A stretch of 64,000 bases of DNA from Gemmatimonas sp. (GCA_050260515.1 JBLNCI010000043.1:173245-237244); one strand, 5' to 3'; positions 39,089 to 49,494 are shown, counted from the first letter of the stretch. Notes: generated from the sequence alone by a model not told the origin. Made by a program: numbers and translations.

Positions 39089-41395
39089 ATGACCACCACG
39101 ATGAATCCGCTCGACAAGATTTCGCTGTCGCGCCGCGGCCTGCTCCAGGCCTCGGGCGCGCTGATCGTCACCGCCGCCGGCCCGCTGCCGTTCCTGTCCG
39201 CGGCGGCGGCACAAGAAGCCGGCTTCGGCGCGACCAAGCCCGCGCTGCATCCGACCCAGCTCGACACCTGGATCGCCATTTCCCCGGACGGCCGCGTCAC
39301 CGCGTTCTTCGGCAAGATGGACATGGGCCAGGGCGTCGACGTCGCCGTCGCGCAGATCGTCGCCGAAGAGCTCGACGTCGCGTTCGCGAAGGTCAGCGTG
39401 ATCATGGGCGATACCGCGCTCACGGTGAACCAGGGCGGCGCATCGGGCTCAACGGGCGTGCAGGAAGGCGCGCAGCAGCTCCGCTTCGCCGCCGCCGAGG
39501 CCCGCCGCGTGCTGGTCGAGGCCGCGGCCCAGAAGCTCGGCGCCAAGCCCGACGCGCTCGTCGTCGCCGACGGCGTGGTGTCGGTGAAGGGCAACCCGTC
39601 GAAGTCGGTGAGCTACGCCGACCTGATCGGCGGGCGCTACTTCAACACCGAGCTCGAGTGGAACAAGCAGTGGGGCAACCCGCTCAAGGTGAAGGGCAAG
39701 GCGGAGCCGAAGAAGGTCGCCGACTACAAGGTGGTCGGCACCTCGCCGCCGCGCGCCGACGTGCCGGGCAAGGTCTACGGCACCACCGAGTACGTCACCG
39801 ACGTGCGGCTGCCCGGCATGGTCCATGCCCGCGTCATCCGTCCGCCGGTCGCCGGCGCGACGCCGGTCTCGGTCGACGCCGCGTCGATCAAGGGCACCGG
39901 CGCCAAGGTGGTGCGCGTGAAGGACTTCGTCGCCGTGGTCGCCGACCGCGAGTGGGACGCGATCCGCGCCGCCCAGAACCTCAAAGTCCAGTGGAAGCAG
40001 GTCAAGGCGCCGTTCCCCGAGCAGAGCGGCATCTACGACCACATCCGCAAGGCCAAGGCCACGCAGCGCAAGGACGAGCAGTCGGTCGGCGACGTCGAGG
40101 CGGCGTTCAAGGGCGCGGCCAGGACCATCACCGCCGAATACGAGTGGCCGTTCCAGTCCCACGCCTCGATGGGACCGGCGTGCGCCGTCGTCGACGTGAA
40201 GCCCGACGGCGCTCTGGTGTTCACCGGCTCGCAGAAGCCGCACTACACGGCCGAGGGCGTCGCCACGATGGCCGGGCTCCCGGTGGAGAAGGTGCACGCC
40301 GTGTGGGTACCGGGTCCCGGCTCCTACGGCCGCAACGACGCCGGCGACGCCGCCGCCGAGGCGGCGGTGATCTCGAAGGCGATCGGCAAGCCGGTGCGCC
40401 TCCAGGGCATGCGCCACGAAGGCACCGGCTGGGACCCGAAGGCGCCCGCCTCCGTCCACTTCGCCCGCGCCGCGTTCGACGCCTCGGGCAACGTGGTCGG
40501 CTACGCCTTCCACACCCGCGGCTTCTCGCGTCTCGACGTCAACTCGAACGAGAGCAAGGCGGCCGATCTCTGGGTCGCGCAGGTGCTCGGCGCCGAGACG
40601 TCGAAACGGCAGTACGTCTTCAACGTGCCGGCCGAGTCGTACGAGTTCCCCAACAAGAAGCTCGGCTGGGAGACGATCGCGCCGCTGCTCGATCGCGGCT
40701 CGCCGCTCCGGACCTCGCACATGCGCGATCCGCTCGGGCCGCAGCTCACGTTCGCCAGCGAATCGTTCATCGACGAGATGGCGAACGCGGCGGGCGTCGA
40801 CCCGCTCGAGTTCCGCCTCAAGCACGTGAAGAGCGACCGCGACAAGGCGGTGCTCCAGGCGGTGGCCGAGAAGTCGGGCTGGAAGGCGCACACGAAGCCG
40901 CAGCGCATGAAGGGCCCGGGCGGCACGATGGTCGGCCAGGGCGTCGCCTACGCCCAGCGCAACGGCACCGTCGTCGCGATCGTCGCCGAGATCGAGGTCG
41001 ATCCGGCGAACGGCCGCATCTGGGGACGGAAGTTCACCGTCGCCCACGACTGCGGCCTGATCATCAATCCGGGCACGCTGCACAACGTGATCGAGGGCAA
41101 CATCACCCAGGGCATCAGCCGCGCCCTCTATGAGGAGGTGATGTTCGAGCCCGAGAACGTGCAGAGCATCGACTGGGCGACCTACCCGATCGGCGAGATG
41201 CCCGACACGCCGGGTGCGATCGACATCGTGCTGATCAATCGCCCGAACGTCGCGCCGTCGGGCGCGGGCGAAGGGTCGACCCGTCCTGTGGCGGGCGCGC
41301 TCGCCAACGCGTTCTTCGACGCGACCGGCGTCCGCATCCGCCGCGCGCCGCTGACGCCGGAGCGGGTGAAGGCCGCGCTGCAGGCGGTCGGCTGA
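39089..41395 (+). CDS. Xanthine dehydrogenase-family molybdopterin subunit, tandem copy 1, Tat signal
   Basis: SRRGLL, GKMDMGQG, GPGSYGRNDAGD, FASESFIDE, GAGE. Confidence 0.92.
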   Translation: MTTTMNPLDKISLSRRGLLQASGALIVTAAGPLPFLSAAAAQEAGFGATKPALHPTQLDTWIAISPDGRVTAFFGKMDMGQGVDVAVAQIVAEELDVAFAKVSVIMGDTALTVNQGGASGSTGVQEGAQQLRFAAAEARRVLVEAAAQKLGAKPDALVVADGVVSVKGNPSKSVSYADLIGGRYFNTELEWNKQWGNPLKVKGKAEPKKVADYKVVGTSPPRADVPGKVYGTTEYVTDVRLPGMVHARVIRPPVAGATPVSVDAASIKGTGAKVVRVKDFVAVVADREWDAIRAAQNLKVQWKQVKAPFPEQSGIYDHIRKAKATQRKDEQSVGDVEAAFKGAARTITAEYEWPFQSHASMGPACAVVDVKPDGALVFTGSQKPHYTAEGVATMAGLPVEKVHAVWVPGPGSYGRNDAGDAAAEAAVISKAIGKPVRLQGMRHEGTGWDPKAPASVHFARAAFDASGNVVGYAFHTRGFSRLDVNSNESKAADLWVAQVLGAETSKRQYVFNVPAESYEFPNKKLGWETIAPLLDRGSPLRTSHMRDPLGPQLTFASESFIDEMANAAGVDPLEFRLKHVKSDRDKAVLQAVAEKSGWKAHTKPQRMKGPGGTMVGQGVAYAQRNGTVVAIVAEIEVDPANGRIWGRKFTVAHDCGLIINPGTLHNVIEGNITQGISRALYEEVMFEPENVQSIDWATYPIGEMPDTPGAIDIVLINRPNVAPSGAGEGSTRPVAGALANAFFDATGVRIRRAPLTPERVKAALQAVG

Positions 41396-41496
41396 CGGAG
41401 AGCATCGGCGCGCGGATTCCCGAGGGGTCCGCGCGCCGGTGACCGCGCACCGCGCGTCGGCTCGACCGGCGCGCGCCATAACCAGGGAGAGCGATC

Positions 41497-43806
41497 ATGA
41501 GCGACACGATGAATCCCCTCGAGAAGCTCTCGCTGTCGCGACGGCGGATGCTCCAGGCCGCCGGCGCGCTGATCGTCACCGCCGCCGGTCCGCTCCCGTT
41601 CCTGTCCGAGGCGGAAGCCCAGCAGGCCGGTGCCTCGTTCGGTGCGACGCGGCCGCCGTTCGTGCCGACCCAGCTCGATTCGTGGCTCGCGGTCGCGCCC
41701 GACGGCGGCGTGACGGTGTTCTTCGGCAAGATGGATATGGGCCAGGGCGTCGACGTGGCGATCGCGCAGATCGTCGCCGACGAACTCGACGTCGCGCTCG
41801 ACCGGGTCACGGTGATCATGTGCGACACCGCGACCACCATCAATCAGGGCGGTGCCTCGGGATCCACCGGCGTGCAGCGCGGCGGCAAGGCGCTGCGCAA
41901 CGCCGCCGCCGAGGCCCGCAGCGTACTCGTCGGCGCCGCGTCGAAGAAGCTCGGGGTGCCCGCGTCGTCGCTCGTGGTCGAGAACGGCGTGGTGATGGCG
42001 AAGGGCGACGCCGCGAAGAAGATCAGCTACGGCGAGCTGATTGGCGGGAAATACTTCAACCACGAGATCGAGTGGAACAAGGAGATCGGCAGCAACCTCG
42101 CGCTGACCGCGAAGGCGCCGCTCAAGAAGCCCGCCGACTACAAGCTCGTCGGCAAGTCGTTCCCGCGCGCCGACGTGCCGGGCAAGGTCTACGGCACCAC
42201 CGACTACGTCACCGACGTGCGGCTGCCCGGTATGGTGCACGCGCGCGTCGTCCGTCCGCCGGTCGCGGGCCAGGTGCCGGCGTCGGTCGACGAGTCCTCG
42301 ATCCGCGCCATGGGCGCACGCGTCGTCCGGGTGAAGGACTTCCTCGCCGTCGTCGCCGACCGCGAGTGGAATGTGATCCGCGCATCGCAGAACCTGAAAG
42401 TCACCTGGAAAGGTGCGAAGAATCCGTTTCCCGAGCAGGCGGCGCTCTACGACCACATCCGCAACGCGAAGCCCACGGCCGAGAAGATCGAGCGCAACGG
42501 CGACGTCGACGCGGCGTTCGCCAACGCCGCCAAGACGGTGAGCGCCGAGTACGAGTGGCCGTTCCAGTCGCATGCCTCGATGGGGCCGGCGTGCGCCGTC
42601 GTCGACGTGAAACCCGACGGCGCGCTGGTGTTCACCGGCTCGCAGAAGTCGCACTTCACCGCGCAGGGCGTCGCGGCGATGACCGGCCTCCCGGTCGAGA
42701 AGGTGCATGCGGTGTGGGTGCCGGGTCCCGGCTCGTACGGCCGCAACGACGCCGGCGACGTCGCGGCCGAGGCCGCCGTGATCTCCAAGGCGATCGGCAA
42801 GCCGGTGCGGCTCCAGGGCATGCGCCACGAGGGCACCGGATGGGACCCGAAGCCCGCCGCGTCCGTGCACTTCGCCAGCGCGGCACTCGATGCCAACGGC
42901 AACGTCGTGGCCTACCGCTTCCTGTCGAAGGGCTTCTCCCGGGTCGACGTGAACTCCAACGAAGGCCGGCCGCAGGATCTGTGGGTCGGTCAGGTGCTCG
43001 GCGCCGACAACTCGAAGCGCCAGTACATCTTCACGGTGCCGACCAACTCCTACGCGTTCGCGAACTCGGCGATCGGCTGGCAGACCATCGCGCCGCTGAT
43101 GGAATCGTCCTCGCCGCTGCGCAGCTCGCACATGCGCGATCCCCTGGGGCCGCAGACGCAGTTCGCGAGCGAGCAGTTCACCGACGAGATCGCGGAAGCG
43201 GCGGGGATGGATCCCCTCGCCTTCCGCCTCAAGTACTCGACCGAGGAGCGCGACCGCGCGGCGCTCAAGGCCGCCGCCGAGAAGGCGGGCTGGAAGCCGC
43301 ACGTCGGCCCGCAGCGCCTCAAGGCGGCCAACGGAACGCTGGTCGGCCACGGCATCTCGTACGCCCAGCGCAACGGCTCGGTCGTCGCCATCGCCGCCGA
43401 GATCGAGGTCGATCCGGCGTCGGGCCGCATCTGGGGCCGCAAGATCACGGTCGCCCACGACTGCGGCCTGATCGTGAACCCCGGCACGCTCAAGACCGTC
43501 ATCGAGGGCAACATCGTCCAGGCGACGAGCCGCGCGCTCTACGAAGAAGTGACGTTCGACCGCGACAACGTGACCAGCATCGACTGGGCGACCTATCCGA
43601 TCGCCGAGACGCCGGACGCGCCCGGCGCGATCGACATCGTGCTGATCGACCGCCCCGACGTGCCGTCGGCGGGCGCGGGCGAATCCTCGACGCGGCCGCT
43701 CGCCGCGGCGCTCGCCAACGCGTTCTACGACGCCACCGGCGTGCGGATCCGCCGCGCGCCGCTGACGCCCGCGCGGGTGCGCGACGCCCTGCGCGCCGTC
43801 GGATGA
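41497..43806 (+). CDS. Xanthine dehydrogenase-family molybdopterin subunit, tandem copy 2, Tat signal
   Basis: SRRRML, GKMDMGQG, GPGSYGRNDAGD, FASEQFTDE, GAGE. Confidence 0.92.
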   Translation: MSDTMNPLEKLSLSRRRMLQAAGALIVTAAGPLPFLSEAEAQQAGASFGATRPPFVPTQLDSWLAVAPDGGVTVFFGKMDMGQGVDVAIAQIVADELDVALDRVTVIMCDTATTINQGGASGSTGVQRGGKALRNAAAEARSVLVGAASKKLGVPASSLVVENGVVMAKGDAAKKISYGELIGGKYFNHEIEWNKEIGSNLALTAKAPLKKPADYKLVGKSFPRADVPGKVYGTTDYVTDVRLPGMVHARVVRPPVAGQVPASVDESSIRAMGARVVRVKDFLAVVADREWNVIRASQNLKVTWKGAKNPFPEQAALYDHIRNAKPTAEKIERNGDVDAAFANAAKTVSAEYEWPFQSHASMGPACAVVDVKPDGALVFTGSQKSHFTAQGVAAMTGLPVEKVHAVWVPGPGSYGRNDAGDVAAEAAVISKAIGKPVRLQGMRHEGTGWDPKPAASVHFASAALDANGNVVAYRFLSKGFSRVDVNSNEGRPQDLWVGQVLGADNSKRQYIFTVPTNSYAFANSAIGWQTIAPLMESSSPLRSSHMRDPLGPQTQFASEQFTDEIAEAAGMDPLAFRLKYSTEERDRAALKAAAEKAGWKPHVGPQRLKAANGTLVGHGISYAQRNGSVVAIAAEIEVDPASGRIWGRKITVAHDCGLIVNPGTLKTVIEGNIVQATSRALYEEVTFDRDNVTSIDWATYPIAETPDAPGAIDIVLIDRPDVPSAGAGESSTRPLAAALANAFYDATGVRIRRAPLTPARVRDALRAVG

Positions 43807-46100
43807 CGGCCGTGAGCGCGCCGACCGACCTCTCGCTCTCGCGGCGCCGGCTGCTGCAGGCCACCGGCGCCCTCATCGTCGGCGCTGCCGGCCCGCTGCC
43901 GTGGCTGTCGGCGGCGCTCGGAGCGGACGCGGATGCCTTCGGCGCGACCAGGCCGGCGCTCGACCCGCGCGAGCTCGACACCTGGATCGCGGTCGGCCCC
44001 GACGGCCGGGTGACGGCGTTCTTCGGCAAGATCGACCAGGGCCAGGGCGTCGATGTCGCCGTAGCCCAGGTCGTCGCCGAGGAGATCGACGTCCCGTTGC
44101 GCGACGTTGTCGTGGTCATGGGCGACACCGCGACCAGCGTCAACCTCGGCGGGGCGTCGAACTCGACCGGTGTGAAGGAAGGCGCGAAGCAGCTGCGCGT
44201 CGCCGCGGCCGAGGCCCGCATGGTGCTGGTGCAGGCCGCCGCCTCGAAGCTCGCCGTGCCAGCCGACTCGCTGACGGTCACCGACGGCGTCGTCGCCGCG
44301 AAGGACGGCCGCTCCATCAGTTATGCCGATCTCGTCGGGGGGCGCTTCTTCGAGCACCGCCTCGACTGGAACGAGAAGTGGGGCAACGCGCTCCAGATCA
44401 AGGGCAAGGCCAAGCCGAAGGCGCCGGGCGACTACAAGATCGTCGGCACCTCGCCGCCGCGCTCCGATGTCGCCGGCAAGGTCTACGGCACCACCGACTT
44501 CGTCACCGACGTGCGGCTGCCGGGCATGGTTCACGCCCGGACGCTGCGTCCGCCGGTCGCGGGCCAAGTGCCCGATGCGATCGACGAATCGTCGATCGCC
44601 GGCACCGGCGCGCAGGTGGTGAGGATCGGCGATTTCGTCGCGGTCGTCGCCGACAAGGAATGGAACGCGGTTCGCGCCGCACAGATGCTGAAGGTGACGT
44701 GGAAAGGGCCGAACGCGCCGTTCCCCGGCAGCGCCGGGCTCTACGACCACATCCGCGCCGCGAAAGTCACCCGCGAAAAGGTCATCGTCGACGAGGGCGC
44801 GGTCGACGCGGCATTCGCCGGCGCCGCGAAGGTCGTCACGGCCGAGTACGAGTGGCCGTTCCAGTCCCACGCCATCATGGGACCGTCATGCTGCGTCGCC
44901 GACATCGGCGCCGACCGCGCGACGGTGTTCACCGGCTCGCAGAAGCCGCACTACGTGGCCGAAGGCGTCGCCGCCGTCACCGGGCTCGCCGTCGACAAGG
45001 TGCACGTGGTGTGGGTGCCGGGCCCGGGCTCGTTCGGCCGCAGCGACGCCGACGACGCCGCGGCCGAGGCGGCCGTCATCTCGAAGGCGATCGGCAAGCC
45101 GGTGCGCGTCCAGGGCATGCGCGAGCACGCCACCGCCTGGGACCCGAAGGGCCCGGCAGGCGTTCATTCAGCACGTGCCGCGCTGGATGCCGATGGCAAC
45201 GTGCTCGCCTACGAATTCGTCGCCAAAGGTTTCTCGACGCTCGACGTCGACTCTCACGGCAGCCATGCCAAGGACCTGTGGGTGGGCCAGGTGCTGGGCG
45301 CTCCGGTGGACAAGATCGCCTACTCGCTCAACGTCCCCGCCGAGTCCTACCGATTCGCCGCGAAGCGGATGAAGTGGCAGACCGTGGCGCCGCTGATGGC
45401 GCGCGCTTCGCCGCTGCGCACCTCGCACTTCCGCGACACGTCCGGGCCGCAGATCCACTTCGCGAGCGAATCGTTCATCGACGAGCTCGCCGAGGCGGCC
45501 GGCATGGACCCGGTGGCATTCCGTCTCAGGCACCTGACGAAGGAGCGCGACAAGGATGCGGTGCGCGCCGCCGCCGATCTCGCCGGCTGGATTCCGCGCG
45601 CCGCGCCGCGCCGCATGAAGAACGGCAACGGCGTGATGGTCGGCCAGGGGATCGCTTACGCCCAGCGCGGCGGCACCGTCGTCGCGGTGGTCGCCGATGT
45701 CGAGGTGCATCCGTCGGGACGCATCTGGGCGCGCCGCTTCGCGGTCGCCCACGACTGCGGGCTCATCGTCAACCCGACGATCCTGAAGAGCGTGATCGAG
45801 GGCAACATCGTCCAGGCGACGAGCCGCGCCCTGTTCGAGGAAGTGCAGTTCGACCGCGAGGCCGTCACCAGCGTGGACTGGGCGACCTATCCGATCGTCG
45901 AAACGCCGGACGCGCCGGAGACGATTGCCATAGCGCTCATCAACCGGCCGGACGTGCCGTCGTCCGGCGCCGGCGAGCCGTCGAGCCGGCCGCTGGCGGG
46001 CGCCATCGCGAACGCCGTCTACGACGCGACCGGCGTGCGGCTGCGTCGCGCGCCGTTCACTCCCGAGCGGGTGAAGGCGGCGCTCGACAGCATCGGTTGA
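43803..46100 (+). CDS. Xanthine dehydrogenase-family molybdopterin subunit, tandem copy 3, Tat signal
   Basis: ATGA overlap with copy 2; SRRRLL, GKIDQGQG, GPGSFGRSDADD, FASESFIDE, GAGE. Confidence 0.92.
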   Translation: MTAVSAPTDLSLSRRRLLQATGALIVGAAGPLPWLSAALGADADAFGATRPALDPRELDTWIAVGPDGRVTAFFGKIDQGQGVDVAVAQVVAEEIDVPLRDVVVVMGDTATSVNLGGASNSTGVKEGAKQLRVAAAEARMVLVQAAASKLAVPADSLTVTDGVVAAKDGRSISYADLVGGRFFEHRLDWNEKWGNALQIKGKAKPKAPGDYKIVGTSPPRSDVAGKVYGTTDFVTDVRLPGMVHARTLRPPVAGQVPDAIDESSIAGTGAQVVRIGDFVAVVADKEWNAVRAAQMLKVTWKGPNAPFPGSAGLYDHIRAAKVTREKVIVDEGAVDAAFAGAAKVVTAEYEWPFQSHAIMGPSCCVADIGADRATVFTGSQKPHYVAEGVAAVTGLAVDKVHVVWVPGPGSFGRSDADDAAAEAAVISKAIGKPVRVQGMREHATAWDPKGPAGVHSARAALDADGNVLAYEFVAKGFSTLDVDSHGSHAKDLWVGQVLGAPVDKIAYSLNVPAESYRFAAKRMKWQTVAPLMARASPLRTSHFRDTSGPQIHFASESFIDELAEAAGMDPVAFRLRHLTKERDKDAVRAAADLAGWIPRAAPRRMKNGNGVMVGQGIAYAQRGGTVVAVVADVEVHPSGRIWARRFAVAHDCGLIVNPTILKSVIEGNIVQATSRALFEEVQFDREAVTSVDWATYPIVETPDAPETIAIALINRPDVPSSGAGEPSSRPLAGAIANAVYDATGVRLRRAPFTPERVKAALDSIG

Positions 46101-46245
46101 TACCAGCCCGGCCGGGCCCCGCCCGAGCCGCTCCCCCGGGCGTTCATCGTGTCGCAGATCGCACCGGCCTCGCCCCGCCTTGCCTCGAGCACGCCGGGCG
46201 ACGAAAATGCGCGCTACGCCGTCACACGTCGTCAGGGAGAGACTA

Positions 46246-46650
46246 ATGCTGAAGACCAAAGGGCTGGTCCACTTCACGATCCCGGTCACCGATCTCGACC
46301 GCTCGGAGAAGTTCTACACCGAGATCATGGGCTTCAAGAAAGTGCGGCGGAATCCGCACATGGTCTTCATGCGCTCGGGCAAGGACCTGTTCGTGCTGAC
46401 GCACTCCGAGAAGCCGATCGACCCCAATCCGGGCGAGGAGACCGACATCCACACCGCGTTCATGGTCGACGGCACGGAATACGAGGACGCGCTCAAGTTC
46501 CTCGAATCGAAGGGCGTGAAGGTGCTGCACAAGGAGGAGCGCCGCAAGGGCACGTTCCACGGCTACAGCGCCTACTTCCACGACCCCGACCGCAACGTGA
46601 TCGAGATCATCCACCTCCAGAACGACCCGCTGTCCGACACCGGGAACTGA
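46246..46650 (+). CDS. VOC family protein
   Basis: GLVHFTIPVTDL.RSEKFY, HTAF, YFHDPDRNVIE; GGGAG RBS. Confidence 0.9.
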   Translation: MLKTKGLVHFTIPVTDLDRSEKFYTEIMGFKKVRRNPHMVFMRSGKDLFVLTHSEKPIDPNPGEETDIHTAFMVDGTEYEDALKFLESKGVKVLHKEERRKGTFHGYSAYFHDPDRNVIEIIHLQNDPLSDTGN

Positions 46651-46700
46651 GCCGGGCCGTCTGGGCGCGCCCCGGTCGTCGCCGACGCACATTCGCCTGG

Positions 46701-46776
46701 GGGGCCATAGCTCAGACGGGAGAGCGTCGGTCCTGCAGTCCGAACGTCGCCGGTTGGACTCCGACTGGCTCCGCCA
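46701..46776 (+). tRNA. Degenerate tRNA-Ala(UGC)-like element (possible pseudo-tRNA)
   Basis: 76 nt cloverleaf: acceptor GGGGCCA/TGGCTCC with G3:U70, D-arm GCTC/GAGC, central TGC, CCA end. Departures: C33, U31:U39 mismatch, T-loop TTGGACT, T-stem C:A mismatch, G73. Confidence 0.72.
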
Positions 46777-46814
46777 CCCCACATCGCGTGGCGGCATCCA
46801 TATGAAGTGAAGGC

Positions 46815-46848
46815 CGGGCGGAGCCTTTTGCGCCGCCCGCGTTTTTTT
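46815..46848 (+). terminator. Rho-independent terminator after the tRNA-like element
   Basis: cgggcgg...ccgcccg stem followed by a T7 run. Confidence 0.65.
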
Positions 46849-46927
46849 GGTAATTCAATGGGCCGCGGCGGCTCCGCCGCTCCCCGGGATTTCTCCCCAC
46901 ACGCCTGTTTCGAGGACAAGGACCCCC

Positions 46928-49270
46928 ATGGGTGAGTTTGGTATTGGCCAGCCGGTTCGCAGGAAGGAAGACGTCCGCCTGCTCACCGGAAAAGGTCGCT
47001 ACACGGATGACATCAACCTGCCCGGGCAGCTCTGGGCCGCGTTCCTGCGCTCGCCGCATGCCCACGCGAAGATCGTCTCCGTCGACGCCGCCGATGCCAA
47101 GGCCCTCCCCGGCGTGGTCGCGATCTTCACCGGCGCCGACCTCAAGGCCGACGGCCTCGGCATGCTCGGCTGCGAGGCCAACTTCAAGTCGCTCGACGGC
47201 AAGGAGATGTTCAAGCCGGGCCGCCCGGCGCTGGCCATGGACAAGGTCCGCTACGTCGGCGAGCCGGTCGCAATCGTCGTCGCCGAGACCCACAACCAGG
47301 CGCGCGACGGCGCCGACCAGATCATGGTCGAGTACGACGACCTGCCGGTCGTCGCCTCGACCGCCGACGCCGCGAACGCCGACGCGCTGGTGTGGCCGGA
47401 GAACGGCTCCAACGTCGCGGTGCATTGGCAGAACGAGGACGAGAGCCGCTGGCTCGCCGCCAAGGCCAAGGCCGCCAAGCTGGTCTCGGTCGAGCTCGTC
47501 AACAACCGCGTCGTGCCGAGCCCGATGGAGCCGCGCGGCGTCCTCGCCGACTACGACCCGGCGAGCGACCGCACCACGATCTACTCGCCGACCCAGGGCG
47601 GCCATCGCGTCCGCCTGACGCTGGCCAAGAACATCTTCAAGCTGCCGCCCGACAAGATGCGCGTCGTCGCCTACGACACCGGCGGCGGCTTCGGCGTGCG
47701 CTCGAAGTGCTATCCCGAGACCGTCGCCACGGTCTACGCGAGCCGCAAGCTCAAGCGCGCCGTGAAGTGGCGCGGCGACCGCTCGGAGACGTTCGTCTCC
47801 GACGTCCACGGCCGCGACCAGCTCAACCGCGCGTGGATGGCGTTCGACGCCAACGCGAAGATCCTCGGCATGAAGGTCGAGACCTTCGTCAACTGCGGCG
47901 CGTACCTGTCCGAGAACGGCCCGCGCCTTCCGATCAACGGCGGCGGCAAGATCCTGTGCGGCGCGTACGACATCCCGGTGCTGCACTTCTCGGTGAAGCC
48001 GGTGTTTACCAACACCGTGCCGACCGACACCTATCGCGGCGCCGGCCGGCCCGAGGCCAACTACATCCACGAGCGGCTGATGGAAGCGGCGGCCGAGGCG
48101 TTCGGCGTCTCGTCGCCGGAGATCCGCCGCCGCACGCTGGTGAGGAAAGAGCAGCTTCCCTACAAGACGCAGATGAACCTCGAGATCGACTCGGGCGACT
48201 TCGTCGGCACCATGGAGCGCGCGCTCAAGTCCGCCGATTGGGACAGCTTCGAGGCGCGGCGCAAGCAGGCGAGCGCCCGCGGCAGGCTCCGCGGCATCGG
48301 CATGGCGTACTTCATCGAGGGCGCGGGCGGCCGCCCGCTCGAGGAGATGAAGGTCCGCATCACGCGCGAGGGCAAGGCCGAGATCGTCTGCGGCACCTAC
48401 TCCCACGGCCAGGGCCATGAGACCGTCTGGGCTCAGCTCATGAACGAGTTCATGGGGATGCCGCTCGAGGACGTGAAGCTGATCCAGGGCGACACCGACA
48501 CCATGCCCGCCAGCGCCGCCGGCACGTTCGGCTCGCGCTCCTCGATGATGGGCGGCGTGGGCATCAAGAAGAGCTGCGAGGGCCTGATCGAGAAGGGCAA
48601 GGCGATCGCCGCGCACCTCCTCCAGAAGCCCGCGACCTCGGTCACGTTCGAGGACGGCGTGTTCAAGTCGGGCGCGAGCTCGGTGACGCTCGCCGAGGTC
48701 GCCAAGGCGGCGCACGACCCGAAGCGCCTGCCCGACGGCATGCAGGTCGGCCTCGAGTCGGGCTACGTCTACAAGCGCCGCGACGAGAACGACCAGAACT
48801 TTCCGAACGGCTGCCACATCGCCGAGGTCGAGGTCGACCCGGACACCGGCGTCGTCGAGGTGGTCTCGTTCACCGCGGTCGACGACTGCGGCACCGTGCT
48901 CAACCCGTTCATCGTCCATGGCCAGATGCACGGCGGCATCGCCCAGGGCCTCGGCCAGGCGCTGTTCGAGAACGTGAGCTACGACCGCGAAACCGGCCAG
49001 ATGCTCACCGGCTCCTATATGGATTACGCGATGCCGCGCGCGTTCAACATGCCGCGCATGGAACTCGACTTCAACGAGGTGCCGGCGCTGATGAACGAGC
49101 TCGGCGTCAAGGGTGCCGGCGAAGCGGGCTGCTGCGGCGCGCCGCCGGCCATCGTCCACGCCACCGTCAACGCGCTCAAGGATTTCGGCATCCGTCACAT
49201 CGACATGCCGCTGACGCCGGAGCGCGTGTGGCGGGCGATCAACGGCCACGGCAAGAGCCGCGCCGCGTAA
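46928..49270 (+). CDS. Molybdenum hydroxylase large subunit, CoxL/CutL form II-like
   Basis: GIGQPVRRKED.RLLTGKGRY.DD, GGGFG, TYRGAGRPEA, HGQGHET, KGAGE. Confidence 0.9.
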   Translation: MGEFGIGQPVRRKEDVRLLTGKGRYTDDINLPGQLWAAFLRSPHAHAKIVSVDAADAKALPGVVAIFTGADLKADGLGMLGCEANFKSLDGKEMFKPGRPALAMDKVRYVGEPVAIVVAETHNQARDGADQIMVEYDDLPVVASTADAANADALVWPENGSNVAVHWQNEDESRWLAAKAKAAKLVSVELVNNRVVPSPMEPRGVLADYDPASDRTTIYSPTQGGHRVRLTLAKNIFKLPPDKMRVVAYDTGGGFGVRSKCYPETVATVYASRKLKRAVKWRGDRSETFVSDVHGRDQLNRAWMAFDANAKILGMKVETFVNCGAYLSENGPRLPINGGGKILCGAYDIPVLHFSVKPVFTNTVPTDTYRGAGRPEANYIHERLMEAAAEAFGVSSPEIRRRTLVRKEQLPYKTQMNLEIDSGDFVGTMERALKSADWDSFEARRKQASARGRLRGIGMAYFIEGAGGRPLEEMKVRITREGKAEIVCGTYSHGQGHETVWAQLMNEFMGMPLEDVKLIQGDTDTMPASAAGTFGSRSSMMGGVGIKKSCEGLIEKGKAIAAHLLQKPATSVTFEDGVFKSGASSVTLAEVAKAAHDPKRLPDGMQVGLESGYVYKRRDENDQNFPNGCHIAEVEVDPDTGVVEVVSFTAVDDCGTVLNPFIVHGQMHGGIAQGLGQALFENVSYDRETGQMLTGSYMDYAMPRAFNMPRMELDFNEVPALMNELGVKGAGEAGCCGAPPAIVHATVNALKDFGIRHIDMPLTPERVWRAINGHGKSRAA

Positions 49271-49280
49271 GACGGAGGGC

Positions 49281-49436
49281 CCCCTCACCCTCCCCTCTCC
49301 CCCGAACGGGGGAGAGGGTTGTAAAAATCGGGAGAGGGAGTCGCGCTTCTTTATTTCCCCTCGCCCCTCGTAGAGGGGAGAGGGATGCGGAGGGTTGGCG
49401 AGCTGGTGCGAGCCTTACCCGAAGCTGGGTGAGGGG
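49281..49436. repeat. Intergenic palindromic repeat, family C
   Basis: cccctcaccc..ctctccccc..gggggagaggg ... gggtgagggg. Confidence 0.75.
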
Positions 49437-49494
49437 TACTGGTTTCTCGTCACTGCCGTTTTCGCGAGGATGACGAGTTAGAAGGAGTGACGTC

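Noticed and set aside
41439-46100. 1553-aa ORF suggesting a giant fusion protein
   Set aside because: The first ~790 codons are an off-frame shadow of 41497-43806; the real gene starts at 43803.
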